From Leucoraja erinacea (lineage: Eukaryota): a stretch of 64,000 bases of DNA. This document shows positions 11,625 through 22,230 of this stretch, piece after piece (position 1 is the stretch's first letter; each line of letters begins with the position of its first letter). Below the pieces are notes generated by a model. That model saw only the letters and a program-made list of their open reading frames with translations, was not told where the DNA came from and did no database searches. The DNA is taken from the NCBI RefSeq assembly GCF_028641065.1, contig NC_073380.1:104408001-104472000 (forward strand), written 5' to 3'. Both the position numbers and the translations under genes were made by a program.

Positions 11625-14600
11625 TCCCCGCGGTGGCCGGCCAAATTCACCGCCTTTTCGCTTGGGATCGGCGCTCCGGGACCCGCTTCCTCGTGGATAC
11701 AGGAGCGGAGCTCAGCGTCCTGCCCCCTTCGCTGGCCGACATTCGTTCCGGTAAGCGGGGGCCCGTCCTCACCGCAGCGAACGGCAGCCCCATCCGCACA
11801 TATGGACTGCGCATGGTTCCCATCGTGCTCGGCTCCTGCCATTTTTCATGGAACTTTACCGTTGCCGACGTCTCCCAACCATTGCTCGGGGCCGATTTTC
11901 TCCGGACGCATTCCCTCATGGTGGACGTCGGGCGTCAGCGTTTGGTCAACGCCACTACAATGGAGCCGATCACGTTGCGCTTGGGTCAACCGGTGGGACG
12001 GCCACTGGCGTTCGTGGACTCCCGATACGCACGAATCTTGGCTGCGTTCCCGGACATTCTCACTCCGCAGTTTCATTCAGCAACCCCCAGCCACGGAGTT
12101 GTACATTATATCCCGACTACCGGCCCACCCCTCCATGCACGAGCACGACGGCTGCCACCAGATAAACTGCGTCTGGCACGGCGGGAATTCCGCACGATGG
12201 AGGCCTTGGGGATCGTCCGCCCTTCGAGCAGCCCTTGGGCGTCCCCACTCCACATGGTCCCTAAGTCAAGCGGGGGCTGGCGACCTTGTGGGGATTACCG
12301 ACGGCTGAACGCTGCAACAACAGCGGATCGATACCCCGTTCCCCACATCCAGGACTTCACGGCCCATTTGGCTGGGGCCACATTTTTTTCAAAAGTGGAT
12401 CTGGTGCGGGGTTATAACCAGATCCCGGTTCACCTGGATGACGTACCCAAGACGGCTATCATCACGCCATTCGGGCTTTACGAGTTTACTCGGATGCCGT
12501 TCGGCCTCAAAAACGCTGCACAGGCCTTTCAGCGCCTCATGGACGGGGTTTGTCGTGACCTCGAATTCGTGTTCGTGTACCTGGACGACATCCTGGTGGC
12601 CAGCCGCTCGCAGCAGGAACACTGCGCTCACCTTCGACAGCTCTGTCAGCGGCTCAGCGAGCATGGTTTGGCCATCAACCTGGACAAGTGCCGTTTTGGT
12701 GTCAACGAAATTGACTTTCTCGGCCACCGCGTGACTGTGCAAGGCGCGGTTTTCCTGCCTGACAGGGTTGACGCCGTCCGTCGGTTTCCCCGCCCACGCA
12801 CGGTGCGCGGCCTGCAGGAATTTGTCGGCATGGTGGCATTCTACCATCGTTTCGTGCCATCCGCGGCCCACATCATGTGGCCACTGTATCAACCTCTTGC
12901 GGGTGGGCAGCAGAAGAGCGTTGAGTGGACCCACGAGGCGGAGGCAGCTTTCGACGGCGCGAAGGAGGCCCTTGCTCGGGCCGTGCTGCTGGTGCACCCG
13001 CGGGAAGATGCCCCGACTGCTCTCACTGTGGATGCCTCGGAGTCGGCAGTTGGTGCTGTACTGGAGCAGCTGACGGGCGGAGTTTGGCGGCCTCTGGCCT
13101 TCTTCAGTCGGCACCTCAACCGCGCGCAGACCAAGTACAGTGCGTTCGATCGTGAGCTCCTGGCTCTGTACCTGGCTGTGCGCCATTTTCGTTACTTCCT
13201 GGAGGGCCGCCCGTTCACCGCCTACACCGACCATAAGCCGCTCACTTTCGCCCTGCAGAAGGTTTCCGACCCCTGGTCCGCACGTCAGCAGCGGCAGTTG
13301 GCTTACATCTCCGAGTACACCACAGCCATCCGCTACGTCAAGGGGAAAGAGAACCGGGTGGCCGACGCATTGTCCCGCCGTGCTATAAATGCCGTGTTCG
13401 AGGTGGCGCCCGGATTGGACTATTCTGCTCTGGCGGCGGCACAGCTCATGGACGACGAGGTGCCCACCTACCGGACTGCCATCTCCGGACTCCGTCTTGA
13501 GGATGTCCCTCTCAGTCCTGGGGGTATGACAATCCTGTGCGATGTGTCGTCCGGTCAGCCGCGCCCCATCGTCCCTGCCACCTGGCGCCGGAGAGTGTTC
13601 GAGGTCATCCACGGACTGGCTCACCCATCAATCCGGGCGACAACGGCACTTGTGGCAGCTCGCTTCATGTGGCACGGTCTGCGCAAGCAAGTTGCCCATT
13701 GGGCTCGCACCTGCATCCCATGCCAGACAGCAAAGATCCAGCGCCATGTCCGCGCACCTCTCCAGGAGTTCGGTCTACCTCACCGGCAGTTCGACCATCT
13801 CCACGTGGACATTGTGGGGCCCCTTCCACCGTCCCGGGGCATCACCCACCTTTTGACCATGGTGGACCGCTTCACGCGGTGGCCGGAGGCCATTCCGTTG
13901 GCTGACACCTCATCGGCTACGTGTGCTCGTGCGTTGTCCGCGCACTGGATTGCTCGCTTCGGGGTGCCGGCGCACATCTCCTCCGACCGGGGGCCACAGT
14001 TCACCTCCGAGCTGTGGTCAGCCATGGCTCGCTTGCTGGGGGTGCAGCTGCACCACACCACGGCTTACCACCCGCAGGCTAACGGTCTGGTGGAGAGGTT
14101 CCACCGGCAGCTGAAGGCGGCATTGAAGGCACGACGCACCGGCCCGGACTGGATGGACGAGTTGCCGTGGGTCATGCTGGGCATCCGGACCGCTCCCAAA
14201 GAGGACTTGGCCTCATCATCGGCGGAGCTGGTGTACGGGTCGACACTCACAGTGCCCGGGGAGTTTGTGCCGTCGGCGCCGGAGCAGCAGGAAACGCCCT
14301 CCTCCACCCTTCAACGCCTTCGCGAGCGAGTTGGCAGGCTCGCACCCGTCCCGACATCCCGCCATGGGACATTTCGCCCACACGTGCCAATGGCCCTCAC
14401 GGACTGCCCATACGTCTTCCTGCGCCGCGATGCCCGCCGGACGCCACTCCAGAGGCCGTACGAGGGCCCGTTCCGGGTGCTGGAACACGGGCAGTCGACT
14501 TTTGTCCTGGACATGGGGGGCCGGCCGGAGGCCGTGTCGATTGACCGTTTGAAGCCGGCGCACCTGGACATTGACCAGCCGGTGCTGGTTGCTCAACCTC

Positions 14601-14803
14601 GGACCCGAGGGCGTCCCCCCTCACGACTCCCTCCACCTGTCACTCCACCTGTCCTCCCGCCGGCCCCTCGACCTGTCCCTCCACCTACTCCCCCGCAAGC
14701 CCCGGGATCTGCTGACTTCCGCACGCGGGCCGGCCGGGCCGTGCACCCGCCGGTGCGTTTTGTGCCTCTGGTTCTGGGGGGGGGGTCCTGTGGCGGCTCC
14801 TAA
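11597..14803 (+). CDS. pol: Gypsy Pol (protease, RT, RNase H, integrase), reached by predicted -1 frameshift
   Basis: Uninterrupted ORF with [55 protein letters not shown] and EGPF. A proline-rich tail ends at a stop inside the 3' LTR. Confidence 0.96.
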   Translation, partial: GKRLGRLPIVPAVAGQIHRLFAWDRRSGTRFLVDTGAELSVLPPSLADIRSGKRGPVLTAANGSPIRTYGLRMVPIVLGSCHFSWNFTVADVSQPLLGADFLRTHSLMVDVGRQRLVNATTMEPITLRLGQPVGRPLAFVDSRYARILAAFPDILTPQFHSATPSHGVVHYIPTTGPPLHARARRLPPDKLRLARREFRTMEALGIVRPSSSPWASPLHMVPKSSGGWRPCGDYRRLNAATTADRYPVPHIQDFTAHLAGATFFSKVDLVRGYNQIPVHLDDVPKTAIITPFGLYEFTRMPFGLKNAAQAFQRLMDGVCRDLEFVFVYLDDILVASRSQQEHCAHLRQLCQRLSEHGLAINLDKCRFGVNEIDFLGHRVTVQGAVFLPDRVDAVRRFPRPRTVRGLQEFVGMVAFYHRFVPSAAHIMWPLYQPLAGGQQKSVEWTHEAEAAFDGAKEALARAVLLVHPREDAPTALTVDASESAVGAVLEQLTGGVWRPLAFFSRHLNRAQTKYSAFDRELLALYLAVRHFRYFLEGRPFTAYTDHKPLTFALQKVSDPWSARQQRQLAYISEYTTAIRYVKGKENRVADALSRRAINAVFEVAPGLDYSALAAAQLMDDEVPTYRTAISGLRLEDVPLSPGGMTILCDVSSGQPRPIVPATWRRRVFEVIHGLAHPSIRATTALVAARFMWHGLRKQVAHWARTCIPCQTAKIQRHVRAPLQEFGLPHRQFDHLHVDIVGPLPPSRGITHLLTMVDRFTRWPEAIPLADTSSATCARALSAHWIARFGVPAHISSDRGPQFTSELWSAMARLLGVQLHHTTAYHPQANGLVERFHRQLKAALKARRTGPDWMDELPWVMLGIRTAPKEDLASSSAELVYGSTLTVPGEFVPSAPEQQETPSSTLQRLRERVGRLAPVPTSRHGTFRPHVPMALTDCPYVFLRRDARRTPLQRPYEGPFRVLEHGQSTFVLDMGGRPEAVSIDRLKPAHLDIDQPVLVAQPRTRGRPPSRLPPPVTPPVLPPAPRPVPPPTPPQAPGSADFRTRAGRAVHPPVRFVPLVLGGGSCGGS

Positions 14804-15002
14804 GGTTCGTCCCATTATACTGCCGAACCCCTCGGCACAGGAGTGGTGCAGTCCGGAGGCGGTCCTTAGCCGGAGGGTATAAAAGGCAGGGTTTGGGTGC
14901 CATCTTCCCCTGGTTTCGTCTTCCCCTGAACCGGGAAGAAATAAAGCAAAGTGCTTCTCAAACTGCGGACTACTTGCCTCATTTTGAGACCCACTCACTA
15001 CA
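14789..15002 (+). repeat. 3' LTR
   Basis: Near-identical to 10428-10641 and preceded by a G10 PPT at 14776-14785. Confidence 0.97.
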
Positions 15003-15795
15003 GTACCCTTAATCGGTAAACACGGTATGCAGCTTGCAGAGTGACTAGAGCCGCCTTTTGCATCAATACATGCTTTCTTGTAATGCACATTCTTATGAAT
15101 GACTTAATACAGCGTGCTGCCTTGGTTTTCTCTACCAATACTCTGGCTTTGATCCCGCGGTATAAAGCCTGAATACACACCACTGCTTCTCTCAAAGTCT
15201 TATACTGTCTCACCTGGACATCTCTTGCATCATAATATGCACATTCTTAAAGCCTGAATACAGCGTGCACCATGGCTTTCTCTCAAAGTATTAGCCTGAA
15301 TACACACCACTGCTTCTCTCAAAGTCTTATACTGTCTCACCTGGACATCTCTTATCTGGCATGCTCTGTATCGTTGCTGTACCGCAATGGCAGACCATCG
15401 TAGTTTCTTAAAATACTGACGCTGTTTATACATCTGATAATAAGTCTGTATGACCTTGACAGATTTGTGCATGCCCCACAGTTGCCTTCGAACAAGCATT
15501 CCACGGTAGGTTGCCTGAAGCAGTACAACGCTCTGCGTACCTTAATGTAAGTTTTGCGATCACTTTCCATTTGAAGGTGTGCCCTATAATGGGTTTGTGC
15601 TATTATAGCTGCCAATGTCATTGTCTTGTATTGACGCTATACTCTGTGCCTTCTAAATGCTGCTTGTATTACCGTTGCTGCCTTCTGTTTGTTCTGGATT
15701 TCTCTCCGTACCTTCATACCCATGAATGCAGCTTGAATATCTAGGGTTACCCTTTGGATGGCAATTTCTCTTTTCCTTTGACTTCTGCCACTTTG

Positions 15796-15942
15796 CATTT
15801 GCCCTTTGTCCCTTAACACTTGACCTGTGTCATTTTGCACTTGACTTGTGTCCCTTTGCACTTGACCTTTGTCCTTTTGCACTTGACCTTTGTCCTTTTG
15901 CACTTGACCTTTGTCATTTTGCACTTGACCTTGGTCCTTTGA
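15796..15942. repeat. 7 x 21-bp tandem repeat (CACTTGACCTTTGTCCTTTTG)
   Basis: Units start at 15796, 15817, 15838, 15859, 15880, 15901 and 15922. The minus strand encodes (QKDKGQV)n in the IQ frame or (TKVKCKR)n in the Gag frame. Confidence 0.95.
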
Positions 15943-16250
15943 GGGACTCTCACTGCCCTCTTTAGTTCAGGCTCCTTGCCTCTGGGTACGCTTGGAGGTT
16001 TTGGCGAGAAATGAGCCATTAAAGCCTCCTTACACTCCTCATACATTTTATCCGTGGGCACTGCTGGCAACAGCAACATACGTAAGGTGTGATAACCCTC
16101 TCTTCCTAAGCCTAATATGAACCATGCTCTCTTCTTCTCCTCTGCAGCAATATCATTGGAAATGAAACAAGCCTCCAAGACCTTGGTCCATTTCTCAAAA
16201 TTACACCCAGAATCTAACTGGGGCACGTTTCCTACAATTTGAAAAGCCAT
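15943..16250 (-). pseudogene. gag: Gypsy-type Gag N-terminal domain of a second, older LTR element
   Basis: MAFQIVGNVPQLD...WTKVLEACFISNDIAAEEKKRAWFILGLGREGYHTLRMLLLPAVPTDKMYEECKEALMAHFSPKP follows the pattern W..LE.YF.ANDI..EKKRA.LL..G...Y..LR.L..P..P..K.Y.E....L..H..PKP of vertebrate Gypsy Gags. Confidence 0.85.
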
Positions 16251-17562
16251 GCTACCTGTTGCTATTCAGGTGCACTATCTTCTGTTCTCTCACTGTGTAT
16301 TCTGCACTAGACTTAATCCTTCTACACACTAAGAAGTGATCCAGCCCACTGACTATTACTAATTCTTATAATAATAGATTTATACTATTAACCAACATTT
16401 CATGTTAATAGACATTTAGAACATTTTAACCATATTCCTGCTATGCACACAGATTTACTATTAATAACAGTGACCAATGTATTACATCCAATAAGTCCCG
16501 CTTTTACTGTGAAGGAATAGCGAATAACGCATTACATTCTACAGTCCTGCTTTTACTTTGAAGAATTTCACCGGTTCAGTTTGTCGGCCTATGGACTCCG
16601 GTGCCTTCTCGAGCTGTCCCCACCGGTACGTTTGCTGCTGGCCTCGCCAGACCTCCACTTTTGCTGATTTTGCTGGCTCCTCCGGGCTTCACCGTTACTT
16701 TTGCTGCCGCTGGCATGCTGCCAAGTCGACTACTGCTGCTCTGCTGACTTGCCTGCCCGCTGGCTCCACAGCCCTCACGACCAGGCTGACTCTACTCCCG
16801 ACCGGGCTGAAGTGCTTGAGTGCTGTCCTGCTTCTCTCGTGCGGACCCACTCTTTGCTCGGGGCTGGACTACCTCTCACGTCCGGGCTTTCCCCCTCCGC
16901 CAGTCCACTTCTCTTGTGCAGCCGGACCCTATTTTCTGCTCACGGTCGGGCTGACTCTACTCCTGACCGGGCTTTCTTTCACGACCGGTCCGCTTCTCTC
17001 GCGGCCAGTTTTCTTTTACTCTGCCAGTCCGCTTCTCACGCGTGGCCGGGCTTTTTTTCCGCGCTGCTGGTCCGCTACTCACGTGGCCAGCTTTCTCCCT
17101 CGACCAGGTTGACTCTTCTCCCAGCCGGGCTGACTCCGTTTCGTCGGTGGCTTCACTGGACCTGTCCGTGACCTACCCGGTACTAGGCCCTCACTTGACG
17201 TCGTTGGCGGCTCCTGGGCCTGGCTGTGGGCTACACAGCCCTGGAAAACGTCCGAAGTCAGTGGCAGCTGCTGGGCCTCTTCTGCCCCTTTTGCCTTGGC
17301 TGCACAGCCCTGGAAAATGTTCCAGGTAAGTTGACACCATCGCTGTCCTGCTGATGAGGCTTCCAGCTTTCGGCTGTTTTCTTTGGTGACACTTACTTAC
17401 TGCCCCACTTGTTTTCCTTGCTTCCTGTTCCGACCTTTCTTTTCTTTGGCGCCAATTCAAAACCATTTGGCTCCAAATCTTTTGGCTTGGTGCCATTCCA
17501 CTTTGTTTCCCAACACAACCTGCCTTCTTTCCTTTTCTGTTCTTTTATCCTCTTCGTGCTGT

Positions 17563-17824
17563 TGTAGTGTTTTGGTATAACAATTCACCTAAAACTTATA
17601 CAAAGACTATTCAGCTTGAGGAATTTGACAAAAGGAAAACTCAGTCTAAAATGAGTAACAATCCGAAGGACGCCATCTTGCCACGTAGACACAACATAGA
17701 GATAGCCTGACAAAACTCGCCGACTTGTACAGCTGATGTTTTAAATGCAGTCCCCGGCATAGAGGGATCTGCAGGCCTCTCTTGTCCAGCTCGCAAACAA
17801 CTGCGACACAACTCCGTATCTACA
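17563..17824 (-). repeat. candidate 5' LTR of the Gag-ASPM chimeric element
   Basis: The segment has TGTAG...CTACA inverted termini and is followed on the minus strand by CACGAAGAGGAT, resembling the tRNA-Ser PBS TGGCGACGAGGAT. No partner LTR was found in the window. Confidence 0.55.
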
Positions 17825-18064
17825 GTTTAAACTGTTAAACAATCCCACGTGTTGCAAAACAGTCCTGTGGGTGAGTTGACAAACTCTATCCCATCCTTGT
17901 CACCAATTGTAGTGTATTTTGGGTACTGGAACTGACTCAAAAGAACTCTCAGATACAAGAGTAAACTAACTAGCTTCTTTATTGTAGGACACCACCATGA
18001 GTCTCTCCCAGCGCATGTCCCCTCGCACAAGACATAACATATGCTAATTACATTATATCCATTG

Positions 18065-18172
18065 CATCACCCATTCCTTCTCTCCAGAGATGCTGCCTGT
18101 CCCGTTGAGTTATTCCAGCATTTTGTGTCTACCTTTGATTTAAGCCAGCATCTGCAGTTCTTTCCTACACAT
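18065..18172 (+). mobile_element. Penelope pLTR fragment
   Basis: CATCACCCATTCCTTCTCTCCAGAGATGCTGCC...CCAGCATTTTGTGTCTACC...GCATCTGCAGTTC. Confidence 0.8.
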
Positions 18173-20194
18173 CTTTGGATAGTTACAGTATATAAAGGAT
18201 TGAAATATGGAACATTCTAAGCGCCTTGTCATTTGAATGCTGAATTACAGCTAGTCACCAGCCATTTGACATATATTATAAAATCATACATCCCTGGGTG
18301 TTTATGAGCTTTGCACTTTAGTAAAGCAAACCATGCATCCTGAACCTTGCAAATTATGATTCTTAGAGAAACAATTCAACCTGAAGTTTAGCTATCAGAT
18401 TTAATTTGACTCCTTTTCACATACTTAAATGATGTGAAATATAATTTGGCAACGCTTACTGCCATTAGGTTTCTTTACTCAGACCTTGTCATTAGTTTCA
18501 ATACACAGATAATAAAAAACGCATGCATTGCTGTCAAGAATACTATTTAATGCTTGCAGTGTCAGATGGAAGGTATAATTAGGACTCCAGAGAACTATAC
18601 TGAATGAAAATATTGAGCTTTATTTAGCAAATAATAATTTAGTTTTCTCTTGCAACAGTAGAATAATCTGCTTTTGCTAGCAAATAAGATTAAGCATCAT
18701 CAAGTCATAGGATCATGCAATTATGGAAACAGGCCATTCAGCCCAACTTGTCTATACTGTCCAGAGGGCATTCTTCCACATTAATCCCATTTCCCAGTTT
18801 TATAGCCAGTTGTACTCCATACCCTTCAACGTCTAGAATGGTTAAGTAAATTTGTTGTCCATCACATTGTACAGTTGTTTGATGAATAATTTAACTAGTT
18901 CATGTGAAACATCTTTGTCCAGCTATGTCAGTCTCTTTTAATGTTCAACCTACATATTTTAAAACAATTATTCATTTATTACAGTCTTTTCTGCAAAGGG
19001 AATTGAAATTTCAAAAGGAAATTATAATAGAAGCTCTAATTTTTTATACTTTATCATGTAATGTAAACTTACCACCACACATACATCTACTAACATTTTG
19101 CTGCATTGCATTTGTTAGCACCAATAAACCATTTTAAAACATTATATCAACAAATTATCAAACAGAAGCAAAGAAGAATAGAAAACATGCAGGAGGATAT
19201 TGAGTAAAACAGACTGAATGGGTCAGGTTGCACCTGCAAAGGGAAAATTTACGGATTACATTTTTGGCCATCTCTCCCTTCTTCAGACTGAGAATGTACA
19301 ACTAAAGAAAGCTAAGATGGGGTGAAACAATATCAGGATTTATATGTTATAATCATATGTATGGTATTGGGCAAGTTGGGGTGGCAGTGGAATGGGCAAC
19401 AGGATGCCATTGTATGTCATTGAACCCAAAGGTGAGTATAAAGGTGAGCAGACATGATAAGTGATGGCACACCAGTAGCTACTTTGGATGAGCTGTATGA
19501 GTTTGCAAGTTGGCACGGTGGACATTGAAATGCTCAAGTTTGAGAAAGGCAAAGGTACAGAAGAGAGTTCCTTCTATGAATGGGTGAGTAGCTTGAGGGA
19601 GCGATGTTGCACAGATGGAAGTGGCAGCCATTGAAAATATAGAACGAGGGGTTGAAAATAAAGCTTGGAGTTTATTACAAGATTTAGTTTCCTCAATGGT
19701 TAATAACCAACGTTAATTAACCAATGGTTAATAACCAGTTGCCCACGACTGAGTGAAACAAGCTCTGTGTCAACATCCATAATAGAACACAGATGTGCTC
19801 ATAACTTGGCAATTTCCCATTGAATACTGTGACACAAGCTCCAGTTCAGTCAAGCATTGGGCACACTGCATCTGCATTCTGCTGCTTAGAGTATCTGTTG
19901 GGATTAAAGATAACTTGCTTCCACTCCAGCACAAGGGTTGTGCCGGGGTTATTAAGGCCAAAGAGGGAACAGCTAACTTCCAGAGAAGAACCAGGGAATA
20001 ACTGACACAAGAAAAAGTGTGTGAGGCCCTCCGATCCTTCCGTTGCTTTAGCAGGATTTCTACGTGATCCTAGTGTACGACCTGAAGACTGAATGTCTCA
20101 TCCCCATGTTGGCAAAAACAAGACGAAAAGAACAGACATACTGTAGGCGAGGCTGCCATTGAAGTGCCACCCAGTGGATATGGAAACATATTGT

Positions 20195-20532
20195 TAGCAT
20201 GGAAACTGACCCTTTGGCCAACCAAGTCCACACCGACCATCATTTATCCATTTACACTAATTTTACACTAATCTAATCCAACTTTATTCTCTCCATATTG
20301 TCAGCAATTCTCTCCCCCCCCCAGATTCTACCACTCACCTATGTACAATGGTCAATTTACAACCAGCCAATTAACCCATCAAGCTGCACATCTATGGGAT
20401 GTGGGTGAAACCCATACTGTGGCAGGCACAGCAATGCAAACTCCATACAGTTTGAACTCAAGGTCAGGATTGAATTAGTGTCTCTGGTGCTGCGAGGCAG
20501 TTGCTCCACAATCTGTGTCACTGTGTTGCCAC
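20195..20532 (-). mobile_element. HE1-like tRNA-derived SINE
   Basis: Co-linear with 46943-47237, with a tRNA-like head on the minus strand and a CR1-type tail. Confidence 0.65.
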
Positions 20533-20674
20533 TCATACAATCAATTACAGCTTCAAAGTGAAATTAAATAGGCACTTAAGAGAAAATAGATTTTAGGAAT
20601 ACAGCAAAAGGGAAGCAGTGGACTGACTGGAGTGTTCTAAAAGGAGCCAACATTGACCTAAAAAACAGAATTAT

Positions 20675-21620
20675 GTCAGTTCTATATGGCCATTGTAGAG
20701 TCTGTCCTCACCTTCTCAATCATGGTCTGGTTTGGCTCAGCCACCAAGCATGACATCCGGAGGCTGCAATGAATCATCCGATCAGCTGAGAAGGTTATTG
20801 GCTGCAACCTTCCCTCCATTGACGAACTGTACACTGCAAGGGCCAGGAAGCGAGTGGGTAAAATCATCTCTGACCCCTCTCACCCTGGCCACAAACTCTT
20901 TGAATCACTTCCCTCTGGAAGGCGACTCCGGACTGTCAAAGCTGCCACAGCCAGATATTAAAACAGCTTTGATTCCACGAGTAGTAGCTCTACTCAATAA
21001 CCAAAAATCTGTAACCTCCTTTTGCTCTAGTATTTTATTTAAATCACATGTTTAATCGATAATGTTTTATTATTAATGTTTAATGTTTGATGTGTTATTC
21101 CTTACTGTCACTGTATGTCATGTTGTCACTTGCGGAGCAAAACCACCAGATTCAAAAACAGCTTTTCCCCTCAGGCCATCAGACTACTCAACACACTTAA
21201 GAAAATTCCATGAACAGTACCCAAACAAAGACAAACAAACTGTGAAAATAACTTTGGCTCAATGTCTCCAGTACGAAATTTGTACTTTTTCTATATTGCA
21301 CCTTTCACTGTTGCACCCTTTTTTAAAATACCTCAAAGTTTTTTGCTACATTTTGGCACACTGTGAATATTTTAATATTTTAAATAATGTATGTCTATTG
21401 TCTATTTATTGGTATGTTGTCTGCCTGTGTTTTTAATATTACTTGCACATTTGGAGTATGGGGAAACGTAATTTTGATCCGCTGTGTAACTACTGTTGCA
21501 TAATTGAATTGACAATAAAGTTTACTTTGAACTTTGAACTTGAACTTTGTGGGCGGAGCACCAAGGCAAATTATTTTATATGAATACTTGGCTAATAAAC
21601 ATGCATTAATTCATTCATGT
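20675..21620 (+). mobile_element. Rex1/Babar LINE 3' fragment with a second Rex-like 3' fragment nested at about 21140-21550
   Basis: Translates FYMAIVESVLTFSIMVWFGS...IISDPSHPGHKLFESLPSGRRLR. The nested piece ends in (TTGAAC)n and GCGGAGCA recurs on both sides of it. Confidence 0.85.
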
Positions 21621-22230
21621 CATATGGTCATAAGGGATAGTAGGATAATTAGGCCATTTTGTCCATCAAACCTACTCCACCATTCAATCATGGCTGATCG
21701 ATCACTTCCTTCTAATCCCATTTCCTGCCTCCTCCCGATATCCCCATAACCCTTGACACCCATACTAATCAAGAATCTATCTATCTCTGCCTTAAAAATA
21801 TTCATTCACAGCCTGCACAGCCTTTTGTGGCAAACAATTCTACAGATTCACCACCCTCTGACTAAATTAATTCCTCCTCATCTCCTCATCTACTTTAATT
21901 CCTTTAAATCTGAGGCTATAAACTCCGGTCCTAGACTCTGACATTAGGGGTAACATCTTCTCCACATCCACTCTACCTAAGCCTTTAACTATTCAGTAAG
22001 TTTAAATGAGGTCCCTCCTCATCCTTCTCATACGTTAACCCACTCATTCTTGGGATAATTCTTGTTAACCTCCCCTGGATCTTCTTCAGAGCCAGCACAT
22101 CCTTCCTCAGATATGGTGCCCAAAATTGCTCACAAAACTCCAAATGCGGCCTGACCAGCACCTTATAGAGCCTCAGCATTACATCCCTTTTTTTCTATTC
22201 TAGCCCGCTTGAAATAAATACCAGCATGAC
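21620..22230 (-). mobile_element. CR1-type LINE 3' fragment
   Basis: Minus ORFs read LRLYKVLVRPHLEFCEQFWAPYLRKD and IFKAEIDRFLISMGVKGYG. Confidence 0.9.

Larger units (their letters stand above)
10428..15002 (+). mobile_element. full-length Ty3/Gypsy LTR retrotransposon, apparently intact
   Basis: Two 214-bp TG...CA LTRs, GTAC target-site duplication (10424-10427, 15003-15006), PBS, G10 polypurine tract, and open gag and pol in PR-RT-RH-IN order. Confidence 0.98.
9157..15790 (-). pseudogene. ASPM: ASPM-like IQ-repeat coding sequence, interrupted (segments about 15790-15003, 10423-10316, 9177-9157)
   Basis: Minus-strand peptides carry IQxx(Y/F)R motifs at about 23/27-aa spacing, as in the large ASPM IQ exon: IQAAFMGMKVRREIQNKQKAATVIQAAFRRHRV; GMLVRRQLWGMHKSVKVIQTYYQMYKQRQYFKKLRWSAIAVQQRYRAC; CIQALYRGIKAR; TLQAAYRVYRLRV|RYRAMRQAVISV*RWYKACK; MRDAT|ITIQTAY. 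Stops at 15637 and 10386, a frameshift near 15520 and an internal duplication disable it. Confidence 0.85.

Noticed and set aside
12389-13624. 411-aa antisense ORF and other overlapping ORFs within Gypsy pol
   Set aside because: These are expected shadows of GC-rich coding sequence, with no recognisable motifs.
9157-15790. Functional host ASPM gene
   Set aside because: It has in-frame stops, a frameshift and two TE insertions. It joins directly to Gag, and I recognise no other ASPM exons (ASH or CH domains) in the window.
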